The position numbers and the translations under genes were made by a program. Positions 1-10,870 of a stretch of 64,000 nucleotides of DNA are shown here, in pieces (within the stretch, counting starts at the first letter, position 1; each line of letters starts with the position of its first letter). The notes beneath the pieces were generated by a model. It did no database searches, was not told the origin of the DNA, and saw nothing but the letters and a program-made list of their open reading frames with translations. The stretch is taken from assembly GCA_001179505.1 (NCBI GenBank), contig CDMY01000592.1:248001-312000 (forward strand), written 5' to 3'. This DNA comes from Vitrella brassicaformis CCMP3155. Taxonomy: Eukaryota > Protista > Chromerida.

Positions 1-137
1 CACTCCAAACAGAGAGAAGGAAGCAGTGCCTCCCTCTTCTATGTACAGTTCATAACCCCGACAGACATACGAGAGGTATAAACAGGCCGCGATGTCCGTG
101 TCTCACTCGGTTTTTCCCTTTACATGTACAGTTCTAT

Positions 138-620
138 TTGATGTTTCAAAGGAGGAAAAGCAAGCGGCTGTGGGCCTCTCGCACCATCCAAAACGCGTGG
201 CGGGCATACAGAAGACGCAAATTCTTGAAGCGCTTCAGGACTAGTGTGGAGCTCTCCAGACGGAAGATGCAGGAGAAAGCCGGACAAAAACTGTCTGATG
301 CAGAAGCAAGACTGATTGAACAAAGGCGCTCGACAGCAGCTACTGGGCCTGAAAATCGATCTCAATCCACGTCATCAATCAACAGCTCTCGAAGAGACAC
401 ACGTCAGCAACAACAGCGAACAAGAAAGCCGGCACAACGCGAGAGCATCATACATGCTAGGTCTCTTCGTCACAGCCAGGCCGTTGCCGCGTATGAGCCT
501 GAATATGAAAGTGCCTCGGAGGAACTGACCTCATTCGAGGGGTCTATGTCTGGTGGAGGCGACGGCGAAGCCGTGCTGGACGACTGGGATGAAGCAGAAC
601 ATGCTAGGCATCGTAAGTAG
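138..620 (+). CDS. 3' part of an IQ-motif protein (probably terminal exon)
   Basis: ORF contains IQ-like TIQNAWRAYRRRKFL followed by low-complexity S/R/Q and acidic tail, ending in TAG; 5' part not resolved. Confidence 0.4.
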   Translation: MMFQRRKSKRLWASRTIQNAWRAYRRRKFLKRFRTSVELSRRKMQEKAGQKLSDAEARLIEQRRSTAATGPENRSQSTSSINSSRRDTRQQQQRTRKPAQRESIIHARSLRHSQAVAAYEPEYESASEELTSFEGSMSGGGDGEAVLDDWDEAEHARHRK

Positions 621-806
621 CATATGGTAGGGAAGAGGGAAAGAATGACGCAGTGCTTGCGTTGATGTGAACAGAGAATGACGTCTTTGAGTGCGTGTGA
701 TTTACGAGGGTCCAGTAGAGACAATTGAGTCGCTTGAGATGATTTCACGTATCCATACAAAAGTGACGCCACACACAATGGTGGCTTCCCAACGAATACA
801 GCAGTC

Positions 807-1665
807 TCAGTCGCAAGTAATCATCAACATACACACAGACAGTAGACTATTCGACTGTGTGCTCAAATAAGATCTTGCACACACGCGGGTCTCGATGCAT
901 GCCCTGTATAAACGGACGCAATCATGCGAGTCCAAGAATGTCTCTATCAGCAATAGCCGTACCAATTGCACTGTTCTCCCCATGAATTGAATGCATTCGA
1001 AGTCCACCAGCGCATTATACAGAGCCTCGTGTTTGCTCTTGACAATTACGCACTCATTGTCGCCGAGATGGCCTTGATATGGACTGGAAGGAATCCCATA
1101 CATCTCATTCGTGATGCCTTGTGCGTCCTCCTCTGCCGTATCTGGATCGAAACAGAAGAACTTCTGCACACACACTCACTCGTTCAGAAACGCTCCATTC
1201 ATTTGGTCCTACTGAACTTGCCTGCAGCACAGGGATAAGCGCCTCACGGCCCAAGAAGGCGTCATACCTGTTTCACAAGTAAAATTCACGTGACTCGATT
1301 GTTACTGTCAATGTAAGGCATGTAACTGTACATTAGCCGGATGCCTTTGTGACCATATCCATAAGACCAACACTGCACAACACAATACAATACATAGTGC
1401 AGTGAGCATCGCGCAACCGCTGGCCTCTCACTCTCACCTGCACCTTAAAGGCAGCGGTATTATCGGCAGTCCCGGGAAGCGTCATGATGAGAGCTGAGGA
1501 TGGGACTCGACGAAGCTTCTCCGGCAGTACGCATATCGGGCCAGGACTAAGGGACCGCGCTTTGTGACCTGAGATGGAACGCACGTGCTCACAAAGGGCA
1601 GAAAGTGGTTTACATGCTCTGCGTCCACTGACCGAGCAGTCGAACTTTCCATCGCCCCTCCTCAT
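807..1665 (-). CDS. hypothetical multi-exon protein, divergent from the permease
   Basis: ATG at 1665; GT-AG bounded open segments (..AAFKVQ | CWSYGYGHKGIRLMY.. | ASSVGPNEWSVSER | KFFCFDPD..FECIQFMGR..) can be joined in frame only if a 16-nt segment is spliced out. Confidence 0.3.
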
Positions 1666-1782
1666 TCAGAAACTCCACAAGCACGCACAAGTTGTTGTTG
1701 AGCTCTGGCCGCCTTGCAAGTCTCACCAGCAGCGCTCGTGACCCGGGCGACAGATCACCCGTCATGGTGGGATGGGGAGATC

Positions 1783-1790
1783 TGCGAGCT
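1783..1790 (+). promoter_or_regulatory. TGCGAGCT motif copy 1
   Basis: exact 8-mer between divergent starts 1665(-) and 1914(+). Confidence 0.55.
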
Positions 1791-1913
1791 CACTGGCGAG
1801 GACCTGCAGACAATCAGCACACACACCCGCAGAGGAAGAGCAATGTGATAGTTCAGCCGTTGCTCGGGAGATACCTTTTGGGGCCCCGAGATCTTGAGAT
1901 TTCCTGGCGATTG

Positions 1914-4259
1914 ATGTCCGACTCGTTGTGGCACGGGGATGCTGATTCCCGCGGCCATTCGGACGAGGAACAGCCCGCTCACGCACCGATGACGGAACCA
2001 GTGCGAAAGCTTAGCCTGGTGAGCGCCAGATCACTACTCATAGACTGACTGATAGAGATGCCTGTGTCTAGGTATGCACTGGCTGTGCGTTCATTGACAG
2101 GCGGGGCTGATAGGTCTATCGTTCTTCAGTGTGAGTGGCGGTGTGTACGGCTCAGAGCTGATGGTCCGCGCACTCGGCATGCGGCTGGCAGTTCTGGGAC
2201 AGCTCTTCATGTGTGTCGCGTATGCATTCCCATACAGCCTCATATGCCTCGAACAATCGGTGAGCGAGCGACACAAACACGTAGAATGGCAGGCAGGCGC
2301 ATTGGGTCGTGGTTGTGTGTCAAATGCAGTTGTTGTTGCCCGTTAATGGAGGTCCGGCACACCTACCAAAGACCTAACCTGACACGCGTACTCTGTATAT
2401 CTTTCCATGTGATCCACAGGCCAAATGGTGTGGGCGAGAGCGGCTTATGGACCGTTCTTCGGCATGGTTGCCGGCAGCATCTATCTATGCTACGAGTTCT
2501 CGATCCTCGGTGCGTGACCACACAAACACGGACTTCTCTCGTGCAGCTGAAGCAACTCGTCTGTGTGCGGACAGGCAGCTACACGGCCCTGTCGGTCGAC
2601 TACCTGTCCCGGTTCTTCCCGTCGATTCGCGCCAGATGGGCGGAGCTGACCTTGAACTTGGGGATACTGCTGCTTGGACTTGTAACCTGCTGGGCCAGCA
2701 TCGACAGAGTGGGGAGGCTGTTCACCCTGCTGATGGTCGGCACTCTGGTGCCCTCGCTCGTGCTCATCGTGTGGACGCTCTGTGTGGTGCCTTGGCGCGC
2801 TTTCTTTGCCCTACGGCCCTTCCCCGCCCGATTCGACTGGTTCCAGGTGGGTGGGCTCGGGGAGGGCAGGCAGGACACGGATGCCATTTGTCTGTGTGTC
2901 CCCCTTTGCCTGTCTTGTGTTGTGCTATCCTGTCATGCAGGGAGTGTCTGTGTTATTCTGGTCCAACACGGGTTATGGGTCTGCCTTCATCAGAGTGGCT
3001 GATAACAAGCAGCTGGCAAATGTGCCGGTGGCGGCCTTGGTGAACTGCGTCATCGTGTCGTTGTCTTACCTACTGCCTTTCTGGGCAGGTGAGGACAAAT
3101 GACCGACATACGCACACCGACAGACAAACACACACTCGGTCGGCTTCTTCTGTGCGCCCCGCCCCGCCACGTGTGTCGTGTAGCTGCGGCGGTGGATGAC
3201 GACTACTCGTCATGGAGCGACGGCCACTTTGTCGAGGTGGCGGCCAAAATCGGTGCTCCATCTGCAGTGGGCTTGAGCCTTGCTCTTGGATCGTTATGCT
3301 CTGCTCTTGGGCAGCTGGTCGGCGACTTGACCACAGCGTGCGAATTTGCTGCGTGTATGAGTGGGTTTGGGTATCTGCCCAAGTGCCTCGGTCAGTCAAT
3401 TGGGTGGGTCAAGAGGGGAACAGAGCTGCCTATGTATGCATCAACACGGTGTGTTGTGTGTTCAGCCACTCGCAACAAGAGTGATCAGCCGGTGATGGCC
3501 CTGCTGCTCATGTTCTCTTTGGCGTTGGTCTCTTCGTCTCTTCTCGACTTCTCTTCGCTGGCCGGTCTGTCGGCCGTTTTCTACTCCCTGGGTGTATTCA
3601 TCAAGTTCAGCTGCTTCCTCTACTTCAGAAGGACGTACCCCCATACACCCGCCCGGCGATGGAAGCTGCCCATCCGATCATTCTGGGGCTGTGTCGCCTT
3701 CTGCACGCCCGCCATGCTGTTATCGCTGCTGCCCGTGACTCTCTCTGTGGGGTGGTCGTCGCTGCTGGCCGTGTTGCTCGTTGTGGGGCTGCTTATGTCC
3801 TATCCGATCTATCAAGCGGCCTACAAGGGTGTCCTGCCCTCTTATGCCGACAAGGACGCCGCTCTTGACCTACCATCGGCAGACAGCGAAGACGAGACAC
3901 TGGTGGCCCGTCCGCCTGTCAGGCCGGACGCCGAGACAGCCACTGGAGCCGCAAGTGAGACGACGGAGCGATCCGACTCCCAAGAGATGCTGCTCATCTC
4001 ATCCGACGATTCGCCATCGGCTGATGGTTGTGATGACGACGTCACCATGGCCTTCGACGGCCGAGAAATGACGCGGGTGGGCTCCCGGAAGTCCGGTGGT
4101 CATTCTCGTGGGTTGGAGGTGTCCAGTGGTGGTGTTGGAAATGCAGTGGTGGAGGTGGAATTATCTGTTTGTGTGTCGTCAGCCGAGAGCTCACCTAGTG
4201 AGGGAGAGAGGCTGGCTGGCGACAGAAGAGACAGAGACGCACTTCGGGGGCCAGCGTGA
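1914..4259 (+). CDS. APC-superfamily permease, plant PUT/LAT (polyamine/amino acid transporter)-like
   Basis: spliced KLSL|AGLIGLSFFSVSGGVYGSE, LLLPVNGG|QMVWARAAYGPFFG, WSDGHFVEVAAKIG, FLYFRRTYPHTPARRWKLP match the PUT/RMV1 layout; about 12 hydrophobic segments; includes 22-nt exon 2330-2351. Confidence 0.85.
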
Positions 4260-5213
4260 GAGTGAGGTACTGTCTGCAGATGATGCGAACTGTGAGGATT
4301 CTCTTCGTGTTGCGACATGAATTCGATTGGCGTTCTGTGTCGTGAAGTCGCATATGTGCGTGAGTGTACAGCTAGCCAGTGAGACGCACCTATTTGTCGG
4401 ACAGAGTGGTGTATATCATCAGTCAATGGCTATTTGCGAAGAAGCGTCTTGCCCCCCAAGTCCCCTGCATCATGTGCACGCATGTACGTCTATCATCACG
4501 CACACACATCTCAGAAAGCACAACAGTGCCGCCACCATGCGGCCATCTTTTGTCAGTCGAGACGTCCTCAACGTAGCGAGGCGATGACAAAAAAAGGCGC
4601 CATCACCTCGTCGGCAACGCACCACATCAGCCTACAACCATCGTAATGCCGTCGACAAGTGCACCAGGGCTGAAAAACAGACAAGTTGTTAGCCATGCAG
4701 CTGCTGAGCGGCCTACATAGGCCTCTCTCATCATTCATGCTCTCTCAGGCCTCGCGCACACCGTGACAAAGAAGCCTTAAAACCCACACACGCATCCGAC
4801 AGCCAGGGAGGGGCCACTCTCCCCTTGACTGCACGTACGTATGTAATATGCATGTTAACATGCATCGGAAAAAACGTGACGGCCGCCCACACATGAATGC
4901 AAGTCGGTGAGGCGTGCCTGAAGCAGCATTGTGGACGATTGTGGACGAAAAATAGGCAGACAGCGGGACGCTCGTGCTGAATTACCCTGCCCCCCCACGC
5001 AACACGATTTATGAATGGCAGAACGAGACCGCGGTGGAAAAAGGCCGCGAAAAATCCCGCGTGTGAACGACCCACCTCCCCCCCTCTCCCGGCTTCATCT
5101 GACAAGACACAACGGGTCATGTGTATGTCGAGGTGACATACATACAAACACAAAAACATGCACAAACACGATCCGATGCCCATCTTGTCTGTCTCCATCC
5201 AGGCATCGATCCT

Positions 5214-7696
5214 TCACACCTCCACCTTCTCCTCGTCGATCCTGTCTGCCTTCTGCGCTCCATTGACGCCCTTGGGTGAGGTGCCCCTGGGTGAGTTGCC
5301 CCAGCTGTGCTTTGGGCTATTGCCCCGAGAGCTGCTGAACGACAAGACGCGGTCGGGGATCTCACACACATCCAGAGTCTTTTTGCTGGGCTTGGGCTTG
5401 TTCGCTGTGAGGCGCTTGGTGGCGGTGGTGTTGGAGATGATCTTGGGGCTGCCGAAGGGCGATCCGGATGGCGAACTCGTGCCGTACGCGACCTCCCCGA
5501 ACTCCGCCTGATCGAGTTCACACTCGGGGCCGCCGTGAATGACAGTCACGGGGAAGATCCTGCAGCACACAGAGGGAGGGGAAGAACAGGAATGTGCGTG
5601 TGTGTACGAATGATGTCAGTGCGTTCTGCCCACATGTCAATGATCCACAGGCCCCCGTATGTGAAAACAAAGGAGTGGAAGGATGCGAAGAGCACCGCCA
5701 CGATCTGCTTGCCGAATAGAGCCCCTCCTCCGCCGTAGAATGCGCCGTCCGCACCGCTGGGGTTCACCTTGGCCGTGGCAAAAAGGCCCAGCAAGATGGA
5801 CCCCAGCACGCCGCCAACACCATGGACGCCGAACACATCCTGAGAATGAGATGCAACCAAGAAGGCACTCAAACGGTTTATCTCTCTCTCCCCCACTCTC
5901 TCTCTGCGTGTGTGTGTGTGTGTGTGTGGCCCACCAGAGCGTCGTCGAAATCCCATCGGTTCTTGAGCCACACCGCCAGCCAGCAGACGGCACCGGCAAG
6001 ACACCCAATCACAATGGCTGCATACGCTTCCACGAAGCCAGCAGCAGGGGTAATGGTGGCCAGGCCGGCAATTGCGCCAGTCTGGTGTGGGCACACGACA
6101 TTTTGATATCGCGGTGTGTGTTTATATCTGTGCTCGCTCACCAGAAATCCCGTCAGCTTGGGCCTGCCGTCGATGGTCCAGTCCAGCAGCATCCACACGA
6201 GCGCAGCTATGCTCGCGCTGATCTCCGTGTTGACAAACGCGAGAGCGCACACCGAGTAATCGATGCCGTCGATCTCCGTGGCCACACTGAGGGCAGAGCC
6301 GGCATTGAAACCGAACCAGCCGAACCACAGGAGGGCTGTGCCGATGGCCATGAGGGGAATGCTGTGGGGGGTGGCCTCGGGGTTGGGTCGCGACCCGACA
6401 TACATGACAGACGCTACAGCAGCCATACCAGCAGTCGCGTGCACAACAATGCCACCTGCACACACAACACAAGCAACCCAACACACACGTGCGGCCGGCC
6501 CTTCTGTGCGCGTCAACACAAAAATGTCAATGCATACCAGCCTGCACCAGTTCACACAACGCCAGAGAGAAAGAGAGAATGTATGTGGGCGGCCACATCG
6601 CATCGCATGGCATCTGTGTGTGTTGTGTTGTAGGCTCACGAAGTCCAGGACGCCCCATGCGCTAAGGAAGCCTCCACCCCACACCCAGTGAACCCACGGC
6701 ACGTACACTGCATACACCAGTTCACACGATTCGATTCATGTGTAAAGTAGACATACGTACGTATTGGATTGGCGTGGCGTGTTCTGTCTGTGTTGAGGCC
6801 AGGCCCACCTACTTACCCAGGAGTAGCCAGTAGGGCAGGAACATGCAGTACGCATGGAACCTCACGCGATCCGCCCACGCCCTGCATTGCAATGCATGTT
6901 TGTATTAACTAACCATGTGCAAACCGACCGGCTCACTTATCATGTCGCTGGCTGCCATGACCTACCCGGTGATCAGAGCAGGCGTGATGATGGCAAACAT
7001 CATCTAACGGCGGCAACATACAAACACAGAGAGGAAGAGAGAGCGTGTGGGTGCGCTTGTGGCATCCTTGCGTGCACTGCGTGCCTGATAGACGAAGAAG
7101 ACCATCTCAGGGATGGTGCCTGAGATGCTCGTGTCGTCCACGCCGATGAGCTGACCACAGAACCCACACACCACAATGCGTTGACACACACAAATGACGT
7201 CCTTGTGCACGTGCACATGCCTGCCTTCTCTGCGTGCACTCACTTACAAATGCCTTTTCGGCATCCCCTATGATGCCCAGGTTGTTTTCCCCGCCTGAGA
7301 AGGCCTGAAAAGCACCAAACACATACCAAACGTCCTCTCTCTCCCTCTCTCGCAATTCCGGCCCCGCCCATTCGCACCATGCTGTAGCCGATGACATACC
7401 ACACTACGTCCACGATGGCCTGCAGCAAGCAACACAGACAGACATACCGACCGGTGAGTGAGATGTATGTAGACCATGCCGATCGGTGCAGCCGCCTCCA
7501 ACCCCCCCTCACCATAGACACGAAGGACTGGAAAACAATGAGCAATGTGCTGTTGTGGTGAACGAGTCCACCTGTTAGCACACACATGCAGCCATGTGCC
7601 TGTCGACGACACTGTCTGTCGGCAAATAGCATACCATAGAAGAATGCCAGCCCTGGCGTCATGAGGCACACCAGTGCTGCACTCATGAGCATCCTG

Positions 7697-7735
<39 letters not shown>

Positions 7736-7817
7736 GCGCACACACATACACATTCCGCATTCGTGTGCAAATGCGAGATCTCTCGTACCAAGCGGTGTCG
7801 CCAGTGTCGAACGCCAT
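5214..7817 (-). CDS. amt: ammonium transporter (AmtB/Amt2/Mep type)
   Basis: MAFDTGDTAW|MLMSAALVCLMTPGLAFFYG, MMFAIITPALITG, DFAGGIVVHATAG, LLWFGWFGFNAGS, DDAL|DVFGVHGVGG; both pore histidines present. Confidence 0.95.
6538..6541 (-). other. 4-nt microexon (GCTG) of the ammonium transporter
   Basis: gtgcag|GCTG|gtatgc; supplies the A-G of DF-AG-GIVVH and restores frame between flanking exons. Confidence 0.85.
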
Positions 7818-7974
7818 GATTGTGCAGGAGGGTGAGATCTGTCGAATCAATGAATCAGTGTCGTAAACGGATGCTGGATGATGAAATGCTCGAGCTGTTT
7901 GTCTGCTGCGGCTAAGAAGGATGGCGTATCCTCCGTCCCAAAAGGGAGACTGGGATCGCCCGTGTCGCCCCCCA

Positions 7975-7982
7975 AGCTCGCA
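7975..7982 (-). promoter_or_regulatory. TGCGAGCT motif copy 2
   Basis: AGCTCGCA on + strand between starts 7817(-) and 8029(+). Confidence 0.55.
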
Positions 7983-8028
7983 CAAAGGGGGCAAAGGGAA
8001 GGAAGCAGAACGCATCGCCGACCACACG

Positions 8029-9868
8029 ATGGCAGATACCGGGCCGCCTGTTGACCGTGACCGTCTGTTTCAAGAGAATGAGGATCTGAAGCAGCGCATC
8101 GAGGGTCTGCAGAAGGGATGCGAGGACCTGCGGATGGAGAACGCCATGCTGGCGGACCACCTCCAGCGGCTCACGGAGCTGCACCCATTGGAGGAACACG
8201 AAGACGACACGTCATCCATCAGCTCCACCAAGTCCAAAACCAGACTCAGAAGCAGCCAACAACTCGGTCAGTCAGACACCCAGGGACGCATGGAAACGAA
8301 CAGACCATGCATGTCTTGTCTTTGATTGTCTGTGTCTGTATGGACGGGGTGCCGGTGCAGGAAAGATGAAGGACCGTGCCCCATTGGTGCTGACTTTGGA
8401 GCAGCGTTACGGGATAGCCAACAGCGAGGTGGAGGCGCTGACCAAGGACATCGACCAGACCAAAAAGACGTCAGAGAAAAACCTCGAAATACTCAAGGTG
8501 ACCTGCCGACAGACACGACTCACAAAGGGCAGCCACAAACGAACGAACCAGAGAGAGACACGAAAGAGAGACACAAACATGATCCGTACATCTCTCTGTC
8601 TGCGTATGTGTGTCGTCCCTTCCCTCCCTCCCTCCCTCCCTCCCTTGTTTCAGGCACTAATGGAGGAAACGGACGTCAGGACAGCCGAGGTAAGCCAGCA
8701 ATGCCAATTTGCAAACACATGTACATCTGTGTGCCGATCGGGACGGATTCGTATGTTCGGTCAGATCAAGAAGGAGGCGTATGAGTTTCGGCGTGACATT
8801 GTCGTTGGTGCTGAGAACGCCCGTACGGGCAAGACCGTGGCAGAGAAGGTGCTCAAGTGGCTGGAGGACCACCTCACGGCCAAAGACCTCCTCATCAACA
8901 AGCTGCTCATGAAGAACCACTCATTCAAAGTCCAGATCCGAAAGACAGAAAAACAGCTCAAAGCCAAACAGGTGGGTGCTGGCCGGGCAGCTTGATGGGC
9001 GGGTATCTGACTGATCAGTGGACGCACTGTATGTATATTTGATGTGTCTTTGGTGTTGTGTGTGCAGGAGACGGGGGAGGATTTGCAGTACATCGACTTC
9101 CATCAGCTGCAGATCGAAAACCAGCAGTTCGTTGTCAAGATAGAGGAGGCAAACCAGGAGCTGCTCAAACTCAAGAGGACTGCCGGTGAGTCCGCGCAGC
9201 CACATACCGAAACCAGAGCCATGGACACATGAAGGATTACTTTGTACGGATGCGACTCAGCTCGTACGGTCAAGACGCTCAACGGTATGAAGAAGCGGCT
9301 GGGTCAGCTGGGTGTGGAGGCGCGCAACCTCCGCGGGGCCATCACCAGCAGCAAGATGCAGCTCGCCAAGACAGAGAACGACATACAGAAGGTCGTCGAC
9401 GAGAAGGAAGTCGCAAGAAAAGACAACAAAAGGTGGGAGACACGCTCGACAAATCTGCACATGAAGCATGGATGGATCATGTATGTCCGACACACACACG
9501 TTGATGCCTGGTTTGCAGGTTGCGTGTGCAGAGCAGGATATCGCCCGACATGCCCCAGATTGTCGACTATGTCAACCAGAAAGCCGACCAGTATGAGCTC
9601 GACTCACAGCTTCGCAACTGGCAGAGAAAAGTCGAAATCGCAGAAATGGGCGCAAAAAAGGTCAGAAAGATCCACGAGGCACAATGTGTCAGCATATATG
9701 TGTCTCCCCGTGCAGACGAAGGGGCAGCTGAAGACTGCCCAAAAGCACCTGTCGTATTTCGGCACTGCACCAGCCATTATGGCTGGTGGTGGTGGTGGCG
9801 CTGGTGGCGCTCGGCCACCGCAGAGCGACCTCGGTATGAGGACCTTCGCTTTCACGCCACTCACATGA
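8029..9868 (+). CDS. CCDC113: coiled-coil ciliary protein CCDC113/CFAP263 (DUF4201 family)
   Basis: ENAMLADHLQR, LTLEQRYGIANSEVE, AEIKKEAYEFRRDIV, GEDLQYIDFHQLQIENQQ, PQIVDYVNQKA..WQRKVEIAEM; start could alternatively be 7921. Confidence 0.8.
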
Positions 9869-10870
9869 TCTCTGCCTGTGCTTGAGGGGGTCGCACATTG
9901 TTTGCTGCTGCTGTTGGTGGGTGGGAGGGTGGGGGCTACTTTAATTGGCGCGTGAGTGAGTGGACGAGGAATTCTTTGCGCAAGGGAGAGTGCGTATCCG
10001 GCCGATGCTCAATGTTCAGTAAACTGTCCCGTGTGTATATGGATGTGATGTGTCAAACAAGCGTCTGCACCGTGCACGAATGCACACACACATGTGACTG
10101 CCGGCCAGCTGTGTTACATCCTCGCGCCTCCGTGGCATGCACGGCACCCGCCTGTGTCAGTGCGTGCACAGAGGCAAGATGATGGAATGCAGACAGCCAG
10201 CCAGCAGACATGTGCAGGCAGGCAGCATAAAAAGACACAGACAGACAGACAGACAGACAGCCAAAGAAAGGACGACAGCAAAACACAGACGACCCCTTTT
10301 CTCCACACACGACAGCCGCCCCTATGACACAAGCACAACCTGTACACCCATCCATCCATCCATCCATCCATTCATTGACCCGTCCGTCTATCTGCCCGCC
10401 CAGCCAATCGCGCTACGTGTGTGTCCTCTATGGTCTGTGTTGTGTGGTGGTGTTGTGTGGTTTATGAAAAGTCCATGTCTTCCTCCTCTATGACCTCGGC
10501 GGTTCCTCCTCGTCTTCCTCCTCATTTAAGATGTAGGTGTCACCCACTGCAGACAGGCCACCCATGGACCGCATGTATGCACACACGCACACACGCACAG
10601 AGAGAGAGAGACACATGAATCAATGAATGCAGGAAAGCCAACGTGTGTCCGAGCGTGTCGTTCACGTACGGCCAGGTCGGTGCGCTGCTGTTGCTCGTCC
10701 GCGACTGCGCCTCGTCTCCCTCGCGCGCTCGCCCCGCCCTGCATTGCAGTGGAGCCATCCCCGCACACAGGCACACATGCATGGATACACGCAGAGCGCA
10801 GGGACTGGCCTGTCTGTCTGTGTATCTGTCTGTCTGTGTATCTGTCTGTTTGTTTTTGTGGTTGCCTCGC

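Noticed and set aside
1914-7817. Permease + ammonium transporter as a nitrogen gene cluster
   Set aside because: Only two convergent genes with separate promoters; adjacency could be chance
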